Shown piece by piece: positions 55,601-63,943 of a stretch of 64,000 nucleotides of DNA (positions within the stretch are counted from its first letter, which is position 1; each line of letters starts with the position of its first letter). Below the pieces are notes generated by a model that was not told the DNA's origin, searched no databases, and saw nothing but the letters and a program-made list of their open reading frames with translations. The translations under genes and the position numbers were made by a program. This stretch comes from Nitrospirota bacterium (lineage in GTDB: Bacteria; Nitrospirota; Thermodesulfovibrionia; Thermodesulfovibrionales; Magnetobacteriaceae): the NCBI GenBank assembly GCA_015233895.1, contig JADFXG010000011.1:37212-101211 (forward strand), given 5' to 3'.

Positions 55601-56195
55601 TAAGCATTGCTCCAGCTAAAATAAAATATAAAATATTTCTGGATTCATTATTTGATTTCTGAGTGTTTTCATAAAACAACTTTGCTTTGACAGAGGCAAA
55701 CTCTATTGCTTCTTTTAGTAACTTCTCATTGTCTGTAGCATTTTCGTACAATTTAGTATCCAACTGTTTCTCAGCCTCAGTCTTTTTGCCCTGTAACAGC
55801 AGATCAAAATAATCATCGTGAAGCGAAATATATTTCTCATAATTTTTACGAATGTTTCTTATTATTTTTTTATCGCCCAAAAACATATCTTCTGCTACTG
55901 TCAGATCGTTTAATATTTCAGGGTCTATAGCGGATATCTCTGTTTTCATTTCCAAAACAGCTTCATTATTAGGCAGAAAATAAGCCTTTCTTAATAAATA
56001 TCTGGCTCTGAATATATTCGCATCGGTTGATAGTAATTTGCCTTTTACCGTGAAAGGATGCTCGTAGAGATTTTTTATCTGATTGGCTGCGAAATCCAGT
56101 CTGCTTATTGAATAAGAGAACAGAAGAAGAAAAACAAATAACATGAGCAGATACCCTATGGCAATACGAGTTCCGATTTTTAGATTTTTAATCAT
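52656..56195 (-). CDS. Hybrid sensor kinase: 4-helix-bundle (MCP-like) sensor, HAMP, GAF, long Glu/Gln-rich coiled coil, HisKA/HATPase, three receiver domains
   Basis: AGGAGA RBS. Two TM segments flank a helical periplasmic region. HAMP is ITSPIRRLILITKEIGSGNLNINI, followed by a GAF domain. The coiled coil reads SEELQEQQEELRANNEALANQ...LQEQQEELRQANEELEEH. The H-box is FLANMSHELRTPLN and the G-box is GTGLGLTISK. The receivers include ILIIEDD..DMGLPDLDGW and ILVTDDD..LMDIMMPEMDG...YISKP. Confidence 0.85.
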   Translation of the reverse strand: MIKNLKIGTRIAIGYLLMLFVFLLLFSYSISRLDFAANQIKNLYEHPFTVKGKLLSTDANIFRARYLLRKAYFLPNNEAVLEMKTEISAIDPEILNDLTVAEDMFLGDKKIIRNIRKNYEKYISLHDDYFDLLLQGKKTEAEKQLDTKLYENATDNEKLLKEAIEFASVKAKLFYENTQKSNNESRNILYFILAGAMLICSVFAFIFTRSITSPIRRLILITKEIGSGNLNINIDVSERGEIGQLSKSFLLMTENLRNISSDRDIEDWKKTGYTQIGEIMRGEQDVITLSQRLIVFISEYMGALIGAIYLTQKTQNTLKLTGTYAHTKRKNLSNEFAFGDGVTGQAALEKQSILLTEVPEDYIKITSGLGESAPSNILVTPLIYNGEVKGVIELGAFTAFTERHMEFMKSVSEAIAISFGVVQSRDSMKELLILTQNQSEELQEQQEELRANNEALANQTKTLRASELKLQEQQEELRQANEELEEHARLMEKQRDEIKKKNIQLERNQELNLQKTRELEITSKYKSEFLANMSHELRTPLNSVLLLSKFLMENKEGNLTEKQVECASTVYSSGNDLLLLINDILDLSKVEAGKVELNIGAMETDRLKTFIVRTFSPFAEEKNLSLQVIVSENAPKYIHTDVQKTEQIIRNLLSNAIKFTEEKGFIRVMIDKDSLGNALSISVSDTGIGIHADKLGVIFEAFKQADGTTSRRFGGTGLGLTISKELVKLLRGEITVKSEVGSGSTFTILIPDVQHVAPSDVLSEKTLESKSQLKLIGKVSEDDRESMSPDDKSILIIEDDIAFAKILLEISRERGYKCIIAQDGGHGIGYAHKYKPNAIILDMGLPDLDGWTVIERLKDSSETRNIPIHIISASEKNIDVMKSGSVGYLTKPVNMKNIEEAFNRLESIYSDEKKQILAINLNIQQETALKELLKNTYVGVDYVSAKKAQKIVESNQYNFIIMNITDNEPVSFTFLDIIKNSETLCNIPVIIYNSSQLSVGDEIKLNMYAHRIVLKTVKSPDRLLDEIVLFLHLEESQLPEEKQKILLRVHDKEHIFKNRNILVTDDDSRNVFALTSILEGEGMNVFTARNGTECLDILKKNDTLEVILMDIMMPEMDGYAAISEVRKIKQYKEIPIIALTAKAMKEDRMRCIEAGANDYISKPVDKDRLLSLLRIWLYQ

Positions 56196-56257
56196 TGATT
56201 TCTCCTTAATATGGTATCTTTCTTATGAGAGTTTTCAGGTGCCAGTAATTGTAACTC

Positions 56258-58576
56258 CTAAGAATCAGCTCTGTCTATTTCAAATAAAGGGTCAGCACAT
56301 TCATCAGTTGTTTCATTATCGTAAAACATATACCTGTTTTTTCCAAGTTCCTTTGCCTTATACATCGCCATATCCGCTCTTTTTATAAAAACACTGCTTA
56401 AGTTGTCAATTTCATCACTTAATTGACCGAATGGATACACCTCAATACCTATACTTGCGCCTATGTGGCATTCATACTCATTTATTAAAAATACCGTATT
56501 CAATGATGAAATAATCTTATCTGCAATCATTACCACATCATTCTGTTCACTTATTTTACTGAGAATAATAATGAACTCATCTCCACCTATACGGGAAACT
56601 GTATCTGTTTTTCGCACAATACTTAACAACCTTTTTGAAACATCCTTGAGTAAAACATCGCCGGTTTGATGTCCATAATTATCATTAACTGCCTTAAAAT
56701 TATCCAGGTCTATAAATAACAATGCCATCTTATACTTTTCACGTTTGGCAAATTCAATCGAGGTGTTTAACCTGTCCAAAAGTAATATCCGGTTAGGCAG
56801 AGATGTAACTGTATCGTAGTGGGCAAGGAGCTGGAGTTGCTTCTCATAGTATTTTCTTTGAGTTATGTTTCTGAGCACGTAAACGCACTGGGTTACATTA
56901 CCATTTTCATCTTTTATTGGCGATGCTGAGCATGAGACATATATTTCTTTTCCATCTTTATCATAATGCAGGTGTTCACTCATCGAATACTCACCGGTGC
57001 GTAACATATTCATAACAGGACATGAGTACTCTTGTTGGTTACAAGGTTCAGAGCTATTATGAATAACCATATAACAGTGTTTGCCTGTAACATCATTCTC
57101 ATATACTCTGTACTCTTTCAGGAATTTGTTATTAGTGCTGACGATTGTAAAATCTTTAACGTCTATCACAGCAATAGAATCATTTATGCTGTTAATTACT
57201 GTATCAATAAAAATATTATGTCTCTTTATGGTATCCTCAATTGCTCCATGTTCGATTATGCTTGCAATCGAATTGGATATTGCTATAAAAAAATCCTCTT
57301 CCAACTTGGTTCTTTCATGATTATGCTTAACGTAAACACATAAAGTGCCCAATAACTTATTGCCGGATTTTATAGGGACACAGTAGTGCCCATGTTCGTG
57401 CATTCCTTCATATGAAATATTGTGTAATTCATCAATCTTATTAGAAAATACTATTTTATGTGTGCTTGCAGCGATACCACAAAGACAGTGTCCATAGCTT
57501 ATTCGTGCACATTGTTTTAATAAAGACTCATGCAGATTTCTTTGTGCAGCCATCACTAACTCTTCGGAATTATCTACTGTGATATGTATGCAACCTTTAT
57601 TCTCTAATCCTATATTTGGAACAGAAACGACAATGTCTATAATTCTCTCCAGTTTATTTTTGAGAGGAATCTGCTCCAGGGATAGTTCGAGGATATATTT
57701 AATCGTATCTTGCAGTATCTCTCTTTGTTTCAACTCAGTGATGTTTTTTGCTATCTGTTTTCCCAATGATATCTCAGATGACAACAATATATCTCTTTCC
57801 TTGAGTTTATCCAGCATAGAGTTTATGTTTTTAAGAATTCCTTTTTGGTTTTGATTTTTAAGCAGTTTATAGTCGATGTGTAAATTGCCTTGTGAAATGT
57901 TATCTAATATGTCTATGATTTCGTGCGGTTCAGCTCCTAATTCATTAATAAATGACTTAATTACCCTGGCAGCAATTAATGTGCTAATTATGATTGACAA
58001 TACTAATGCAAATATGATACATAACATGAAAATATTATATAAAGCCGATGATTCAAGCTCACTTTCCTCCATTCTTTTTGTTTGAAAGTCAGTAAGATCG
58101 AGCATTGTTTTTGTTAACATATTTGAACTTGCCGTTTGCTTGTTGATTAATAATTCTTTTGATTCATGTAACTTACCCAACATAACGCTATTGGTATATT
58201 CCCGCAAAATTGAAAAATAAGTCTCCTGTGTATCTGAGATTGCTTTTAATAATAATTTGCCTTCCTTGCTTCTGATAACAGAAGTCAATTTCCCTTTACT
58301 TTCTATAATAATGTTCTTGTATTTTTCAATATTATCTAATTCTTTTTTTCTTAGCGTACTGTCCTCAATGATGAGTAATTTATTTGATGAAAGACTAATA
58401 TCTCTTACGGCGTAGAGCATATCATCTAAGATCGCTGTTTTTGGATATCTGTCGTTGACTAACTTGTCTATTGTATTACGGAACGAGTTTAACATCAAAA
58501 CAGCAATAACACCGTTGATGATTAAAAATACTAATATCACACCATGAGAAAAGCTAAATTTTGTTCCTAACTTCAT
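56258..58576 (-). CDS. Membrane diguanylate cyclase: 4-helix-bundle sensor, HAMP, GAF-like, PAS, GGDEF
   Basis: It has two TM segments and a HAMP-like RVIKSFINELGAEPHEIIDILDNISQGNL. A Cys/His-containing GAF-like region and a PAS domain follow. The GGDEF core is LLFIDLDNFKAVNDNYGHQTGD...VSRIGGDEFIIIL. There is no EAL domain. Confidence 0.85.
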   Translation of the reverse strand: MKLGTKFSFSHGVILVFLIINGVIAVLMLNSFRNTIDKLVNDRYPKTAILDDMLYAVRDISLSSNKLLIIEDSTLRKKELDNIEKYKNIIIESKGKLTSVIRSKEGKLLLKAISDTQETYFSILREYTNSVMLGKLHESKELLINKQTASSNMLTKTMLDLTDFQTKRMEESELESSALYNIFMLCIIFALVLSIIISTLIAARVIKSFINELGAEPHEIIDILDNISQGNLHIDYKLLKNQNQKGILKNINSMLDKLKERDILLSSEISLGKQIAKNITELKQREILQDTIKYILELSLEQIPLKNKLERIIDIVVSVPNIGLENKGCIHITVDNSEELVMAAQRNLHESLLKQCARISYGHCLCGIAASTHKIVFSNKIDELHNISYEGMHEHGHYCVPIKSGNKLLGTLCVYVKHNHERTKLEEDFFIAISNSIASIIEHGAIEDTIKRHNIFIDTVINSINDSIAVIDVKDFTIVSTNNKFLKEYRVYENDVTGKHCYMVIHNSSEPCNQQEYSCPVMNMLRTGEYSMSEHLHYDKDGKEIYVSCSASPIKDENGNVTQCVYVLRNITQRKYYEKQLQLLAHYDTVTSLPNRILLLDRLNTSIEFAKREKYKMALLFIDLDNFKAVNDNYGHQTGDVLLKDVSKRLLSIVRKTDTVSRIGGDEFIIILSKISEQNDVVMIADKIISSLNTVFLINEYECHIGASIGIEVYPFGQLSDEIDNLSSVFIKRADMAMYKAKELGKNRYMFYDNETTDECADPLFEIDRADS

Positions 58577-58841
58577 CGCATCACCTCTTTAAAGTTTATG
58601 GCAATAATAACACCATGATATTGAGCCTGTTGTTAAGTATTATACCAAAACAATTGAATAAGTTGTAATAAATAGCAATATGTGTGACAGAAGTAACAGA
58701 CGGAAAGAAAAATAAAGAATTATTTAATGAGATTTGTTTGATTTCTTTATGTTACACTAAACCATTAAAGGTAAAGTGCCGATGAGATAATATGTTTAGT
58801 AAATGCACGGCGTGTGCTAAAAGAGATTAGAAGAGGGAACA

Positions 58842-60734
58842 ATGGGATTATTTAAGGCGTTTTCCGGAAAAAGCGAAAATTCAAAGAATGTTCCTCAACA
58901 GCCGATAGTAAAAGAAAAACTACTCAATAATCGCCGCAGCATACGGTATTTGGTTGAGGATGTTCCTATTGGGGAGACAGGTGTTTTAGTTAATATAGGC
59001 AGGGGCGGCTGTAAGTTGAAAAAGTTGTCGCCAGACCTTATAGATATGCCTGAGATAAAAGTTACAATTGCCGGAAAGGAATACCGAAGCAGAGTGGTCT
59101 GGCAGGACGACAAACACATAGGTCTCGAACTTCAGGGAGGGTTTGAATCCTCCGAGTTTATAATAAAATACCTGAAAAAGGTCAGAGATATAAGCATAAG
59201 GCCACTCAGAAGGCTTTCTGATGAAGCAATCAAGGGTTTTGTTGAAAAAGATATGCTTGGTATAATGGTTAACCTTATGGCTGAACTTGAGGCGCCAAAC
59301 TGCGATATGTCACGTATGAAACTCTTTGTCTGCAAGCTTTCCGGACTAAAAGAGGCGGTTGCTGAAAAAGCCAACATAATCAGAACAGAAGAGGAGGTCG
59401 TAACACTTAAAGACGTAGATTATGCGATAAAAAGACTGGGCACTGATACGGTAAAAAAAGTATCCCTTGAGTATATAAAGAAAAAATCCTCGGAAATAGA
59501 GGTTCCGGAGTGGGGAGCACATTTTTATGACTCATATAAAATTCTGAAAACGGTTTTCTTTTCTAAACTTGCTCCTTTTTTTGGATATAAAGACAATCAG
59601 AACCTTGCTGAGGCCATTTTAAACCTTGAAACTAAGGGTGTGGATATATTTCTTAATAAAGGTAATAAGAATTTTATGAAATTTTACAATTCTCCAACCA
59701 AAATATATTCCGAGCTGACACGTTTTCTTGAAAAAATTAACTTTGGAAAAGATCTAATTCAGGTAAATAAGATTTATATAACCTCTGTCAGAAAACCCAC
59801 CACCGCTCTTTACGACGGATATGTGCTTGCCCACCTTGCCCGTTACCCTCATATCACTCTTGACAAATCAATGAAACTATCTTTAAATAAAATTGTTCTT
59901 AACTTTTCTTTGATTTGCAATCTGACTATACTTGCCACTGAGGCATTCATTGAAAAGGACAAGTATGCTAACTCGGTTTTAGTCCACAAACTGAAACGCA
60001 CGGGAATGGATGAAAATAAGCTACTGCTGTTTCTGGATAATATCGTTAACGAAACAAACAAAATAATGAACGACATTGGCAAGAGGGGCAATTTAAAAGG
60101 AATTAATATAAGCGGCACACCTATAAGAATAAGAGAATTTCTGGCAAAGGAGCCAAATACTGATAGATTTCTCAACTCTTTTAAAGAGTTCAAAGATAAG
60201 AAACGGCTGGTTATTAAATATGAAGATGACACTTATACACACTACATCCTCGGCAGAATACTGGATTCTGAGGAGTTTGAACTGAATACAAAGTTATGCT
60301 GCATTTTGCCATGTGAGTGCCTGTTGTCTGAGGATTTCAGTGTTGAGCAGTTTTCTTACTTCAATGTAGTGGTGTTTAAAAATATAGATCAGTTATCTCC
60401 TTCTCTCCTAAGAAGCCTTGTTAAGATGTGGAACACATTTGAGGGAAGCATTATCCTGACTTTTAGCGCTTACAGTATGCTTGATTACAGCAACAAAGAG
60501 CTCTTTTTACTTTTAAGGAAATATATTGTTGACTTTCCATCGTATTTCGCCGATCAAAAAATATACATCAAAATGGTTGAACATGTGACAAGTTACATCA
60601 AAAACTGCACAAACGGAGGCGCTCCGGATGACTCACTTTATACAAACAACGTCATAACCATGGACCACATAAGGGGCAGTGCCCTCCTGCAGGCTGCTCA
60701 GTCGCTGGAGGAGGAAGAGGAGAGTAAACCATAA
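58842..60734 (+). CDS. Protein with an N-terminal PilZ-like domain and an uncharacterised C-terminal region of about 500 aa
   Basis: NRRSIRYLVED...GVLVNIGRGGCKL fits the PilZ RxxxR ... (D/N)x(S/G)xGG pattern. I do not recognise the rest of the protein. The C-terminal tail is acidic (EEEEESKP). Confidence 0.6.
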   Translation: MGLFKAFSGKSENSKNVPQQPIVKEKLLNNRRSIRYLVEDVPIGETGVLVNIGRGGCKLKKLSPDLIDMPEIKVTIAGKEYRSRVVWQDDKHIGLELQGGFESSEFIIKYLKKVRDISIRPLRRLSDEAIKGFVEKDMLGIMVNLMAELEAPNCDMSRMKLFVCKLSGLKEAVAEKANIIRTEEEVVTLKDVDYAIKRLGTDTVKKVSLEYIKKKSSEIEVPEWGAHFYDSYKILKTVFFSKLAPFFGYKDNQNLAEAILNLETKGVDIFLNKGNKNFMKFYNSPTKIYSELTRFLEKINFGKDLIQVNKIYITSVRKPTTALYDGYVLAHLARYPHITLDKSMKLSLNKIVLNFSLICNLTILATEAFIEKDKYANSVLVHKLKRTGMDENKLLLFLDNIVNETNKIMNDIGKRGNLKGINISGTPIRIREFLAKEPNTDRFLNSFKEFKDKKRLVIKYEDDTYTHYILGRILDSEEFELNTKLCCILPCECLLSEDFSVEQFSYFNVVVFKNIDQLSPSLLRSLVKMWNTFEGSIILTFSAYSMLDYSNKELFLLLRKYIVDFPSYFADQKIYIKMVEHVTSYIKNCTNGGAPDDSLYTNNVITMDHIRGSALLQAAQSLEEEEESKP

Positions 60735-60776
60735 GACGTTAAACACAGAACAAACAAACACATGAGGTTATAGCTG

Positions 60777-61208
60777 TCACTTCTTTTCCTGAGATGAATC
60801 TACAAACACACCCCTCACTATGTCTGCAATATTTTCAGCATTAGTCCTGAAAATATCAAAAGAAACAATCATTGATTGTTTCCATGTATCAATAATAACG
60901 ACGTTGATTTTCCCAATCTCATTCAATAATATCTCGCGGATTTTAAGCATAGCATTCATGTTCTGGGCAACAAGGTTTATGTAGCCAGGCCTTACCTCAG
61001 TCATGACATAAGAATCCGTACTTATAGGTACGCTAACGGTCATATCGGGCTTTGCGGCAATAACAGTGGATACCATCTGCTCCTTTGCAGGCTCCTCCGC
61101 AACCTTTGTGTCTTCAATTATCGCGGGCTCTGTGTGTTGTCTGGTATTTGTGGGAACTGCTGGTTTTAAGGCGCTTAACCGTTCCATCACCTGTGTTTTC
61201 TTAGGCAT
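60777..61208 (-). CDS. Hypothetical 143-aa protein translationally coupled to the ParA-like ATPase
   Basis: It overlaps the ParA-like gene by 8 nt. The N-terminus is Pro/Glu/Thr-rich and the C-terminus is a compact domain. No motif is recognised. Confidence 0.55.
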   Translation of the reverse strand: MPKKTQVMERLSALKPAVPTNTRQHTEPAIIEDTKVAEEPAKEQMVSTVIAAKPDMTVSVPISTDSYVMTEVRPGYINLVAQNMNAMLKIREILLNEIGKINVVIIDTWKQSMIVSFDIFRTNAENIADIVRGVFVDSSQEKK

Positions 61209-61956
61209 TTAGTATCTCCTCAATCAGTTGCTGAAAGTCCTGGGCAACAAAGCTTTTGGGGTTATAGTCGAAAACGCTCTTATGTTGTATTTGAGAGCGC
61301 ACTACGTCAATACTTAATCTAATTGTGGTTTTAAAAAGTTTTTCAGGGAAACTATCCTTCAGAGTGTCAAACACCTGCTGAGACAGAGACGTTCTTCTGT
61401 CAAACTTACAGGCAAGAACCCCCAATATGGACAGAGACGAATTTAAACTTTTCCTCTCAAGCTCTATTTCCTCAAGAAGCTGTTTAAGGCCAAGTATAGA
61501 AAAGTATCCGACATCCACAGGTATGATAATATGCTCGGCCATTGTCAGAGCATTTTTAGTAAATGCGTTAATGCTTGGCGGACAGTCCAGCACTATGTAG
61601 TCATAATCGTTGGTAATCGGAGCGAGAGCTTTTTTTAGAACATCAAAAGACTTATTATTTATCAGCATCTCCTCCATGTCTTTAAGTGAATTATTAGCAG
61701 GTATGATTTCAAGGGAATCCACAGTAGTTATGAAATCCCTTGGGTTGCCACCGTTTGTCATCAGGTCTTTGATGGTTTTGCCGCCGCTTTCAATCATAAG
61801 ACCAACAGATGCCGAGGCATTTCCCTGAGCATCCACATCAACAAGCAGGGTTTTTTTGCCTGCTTTGTTTAACCCTGCTGCCAAATTTACAGACAGGGTC
61901 GTTTTACCAACTCCGCCTTTTTGGTTAGTTATCGCTATTGTTTTACTCATAACCAT
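61201..61956 (-). CDS. ParA/Soj/MinD-family P-loop ATPase
   Basis: It has the deviant Walker A motif ITNQKGGVGKTT, then LLVDVDAQGN, then YIVLDCPPS. Confidence 0.85.
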   Translation of the reverse strand: MVMSKTIAITNQKGGVGKTTLSVNLAAGLNKAGKKTLLVDVDAQGNASASVGLMIESGGKTIKDLMTNGGNPRDFITTVDSLEIIPANNSLKDMEEMLINNKSFDVLKKALAPITNDYDYIVLDCPPSINAFTKNALTMAEHIIIPVDVGYFSILGLKQLLEEIELERKSLNSSLSILGVLACKFDRRTSLSQQVFDTLKDSFPEKLFKTTIRLSIDVVRSQIQHKSVFDYNPKSFVAQDFQQLIEEILNA

Positions 61957-62092
61957 ATTGCCTCGCTATTATATTTTAAACTTTACAATGATAATACTGC
62001 ACTACGAAAAAAAGCAAGATGAAAAAGTTGAGCTCTAATTTTCTCCACTTGCGCCAGAGACCATTTTTTCATTACAATGTACTGCTACCGGA

Positions 62093-63943
62093 ATGAAAAA
62101 AAATATAACCTCAGAGATAAAAGGCGCGCTGTCAGGAATAACTGAAGAGCCTGCACCATTTTGGATAAAGCCTCTCTCTATACCTCTGTTTATTCTAAGC
62201 CTTACAGCAGCCGTTTATTTTCCTGTTATACACAACGGCTTTATCAGCTACGATGATATCAACTATGTGATTGAAAATCCGGTTGTTATTGCAGGGCTTA
62301 CCCTTAACGGTTTTGTCTGGGCTCTGAAATCAGTTTATTTTGCTAACTGGCATCCTGCCACGTGGATTTTATATATGACAGAGGCAGAGGTTTTTGGAAT
62401 CAACCCGCAGGGATTTCACTTTGTCAGCATGCTGCTTCACGGTATTAACGGTCTGCTGCTTTTTATGGTTTTACAGAGGCTTTCAAAAGAGCCTGTGCCG
62501 GCTTTTTGGGCTGCTATGCTGTTTGTAGTTCATCCGCTTAATGTGGAATCGGTGGCATGGGTGTCTCAACAAAAGACGCTTCTTTCAACAACTTTTTGGT
62601 TTTTAGCTCTGTTGGCTTATGCTGTGTTTGTTGAAAAGCCGAAAGTGTTAACTTACATTGTTATAACTGTACTTTTCATTATCGGCTTAATGGCTAAACC
62701 AATGCTTGTGACGTTTCCTGTGACGTTGTTGATTTTGGATTTCTATCCGCTTAAACGGTTTCACGGTGTGTCTTTTAAGGTTAAGCTGCGGATTATTTGT
62801 GAAAAAATCCCTTTATTCATTATCACTGCTGCTGCGTCACTGATTACTGTAGTCTCTCAGAAACAATCCGGGGCAATTGTTGCTATCTCTGATGTTACAA
62901 TACCGGAGCGGCTCATAAACGGTATCACATCCTATGCCGGATACATTAAGAAGATGTTTTATCCCGTTAATCTTTCCGTGTTTTACCCCTATAGCGATAC
63001 GATAAATTATCTGACAGCTGGCATTGATCTTTCACTCCTTACGACAGTAGCCGTTATCTCAATAGACACTATAAAAAGAGCACCGTACATCGCTGCCGGA
63101 TTTCTCTGGTATGTGGTGACTCTCTTGCCCGTCTCTCAGATAGTTCAAATAGGGGGCGCCTCAATTTCTGACCGCTATGCCTATGTGCCGCTGATTGGGC
63201 TTTTTATTGCTCTTGCCACAGGAGCATGGAACACGGTTAAAAAAGATAATTCTATGCGAAAATTTTTTGCCGTATCTGCTTTTGTGATAATTATTACACT
63301 TGGCTGCATCAGTTCTAAACAACTTTCGTACTGGAGAGATTCCGGAGCACTATTTAAACACTCAATTGATGTAACATATGGTAACTATGTTGCCTATAAT
63401 GAGTATGGGATGTACTTAAAGGAAAAGGGAGAGACTAATGCGGCTATTGATATGTTCAAAGAAGGGCTTAGGTACGCTCCAAATAACAAAACTCTCAACT
63501 TTAATGTGTGGGATGCCCTCCTTAGGGCCGGGAAAGCAAATGAGGCTCAAAAACACCTTCAGGTAGCTCTTCCTATGTTTACTGAAGGGGGAAATACAGC
63601 TGGCTTAAAAGATATTGCAATTAAACTTCTACGAAAACGCGACTATAAAATGTCGGCTGCTTATTTCTCACTCCTTACCTCACTTAACCCTGGTGATGCC
63701 GATAACTTTAACTATCTGGGACTATCCTACCTTGCCCTTAAAGACTATGAAAAGGCTAAAGCGGTTTTACAAGCGGGGCTTAGGAGTTTTCCAAAACGGG
63801 CAGACCTTCATCTTCACCTTGGGCTTGCACTCAGGGAATGCGGCGAGACTGCCGCTTCAGAAAGTCACTTTGCAGAGGCAGTAAAACTTAATCCGGCTCT
63901 CACAGGAGTTATCAGAGACCTTAATGATGGCAGAAAAAAGTAA
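62093..63943 (+). CDS. Polytopic membrane glycosyltransferase-like protein (PMT/TMTC-like) with C-terminal TPR repeats
   Basis: The N-terminal loop motif NGFISYDDINYVIENPVV is followed by about 10 TM helices. The C-terminus has TPR repeats (YNEYGMYLKEKGETNAAIDMFKEGLRYAPNN; FNYLGLSYLALKDYEKAKAVLQAGLRSFP..). Confidence 0.7.
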   Translation: MKKNITSEIKGALSGITEEPAPFWIKPLSIPLFILSLTAAVYFPVIHNGFISYDDINYVIENPVVIAGLTLNGFVWALKSVYFANWHPATWILYMTEAEVFGINPQGFHFVSMLLHGINGLLLFMVLQRLSKEPVPAFWAAMLFVVHPLNVESVAWVSQQKTLLSTTFWFLALLAYAVFVEKPKVLTYIVITVLFIIGLMAKPMLVTFPVTLLILDFYPLKRFHGVSFKVKLRIICEKIPLFIITAAASLITVVSQKQSGAIVAISDVTIPERLINGITSYAGYIKKMFYPVNLSVFYPYSDTINYLTAGIDLSLLTTVAVISIDTIKRAPYIAAGFLWYVVTLLPVSQIVQIGGASISDRYAYVPLIGLFIALATGAWNTVKKDNSMRKFFAVSAFVIIITLGCISSKQLSYWRDSGALFKHSIDVTYGNYVAYNEYGMYLKEKGETNAAIDMFKEGLRYAPNNKTLNFNVWDALLRAGKANEAQKHLQVALPMFTEGGNTAGLKDIAIKLLRKRDYKMSAAYFSLLTSLNPGDADNFNYLGLSYLALKDYEKAKAVLQAGLRSFPKRADLHLHLGLALRECGETAASESHFAEAVKLNPALTGVIRDLNDGRKK

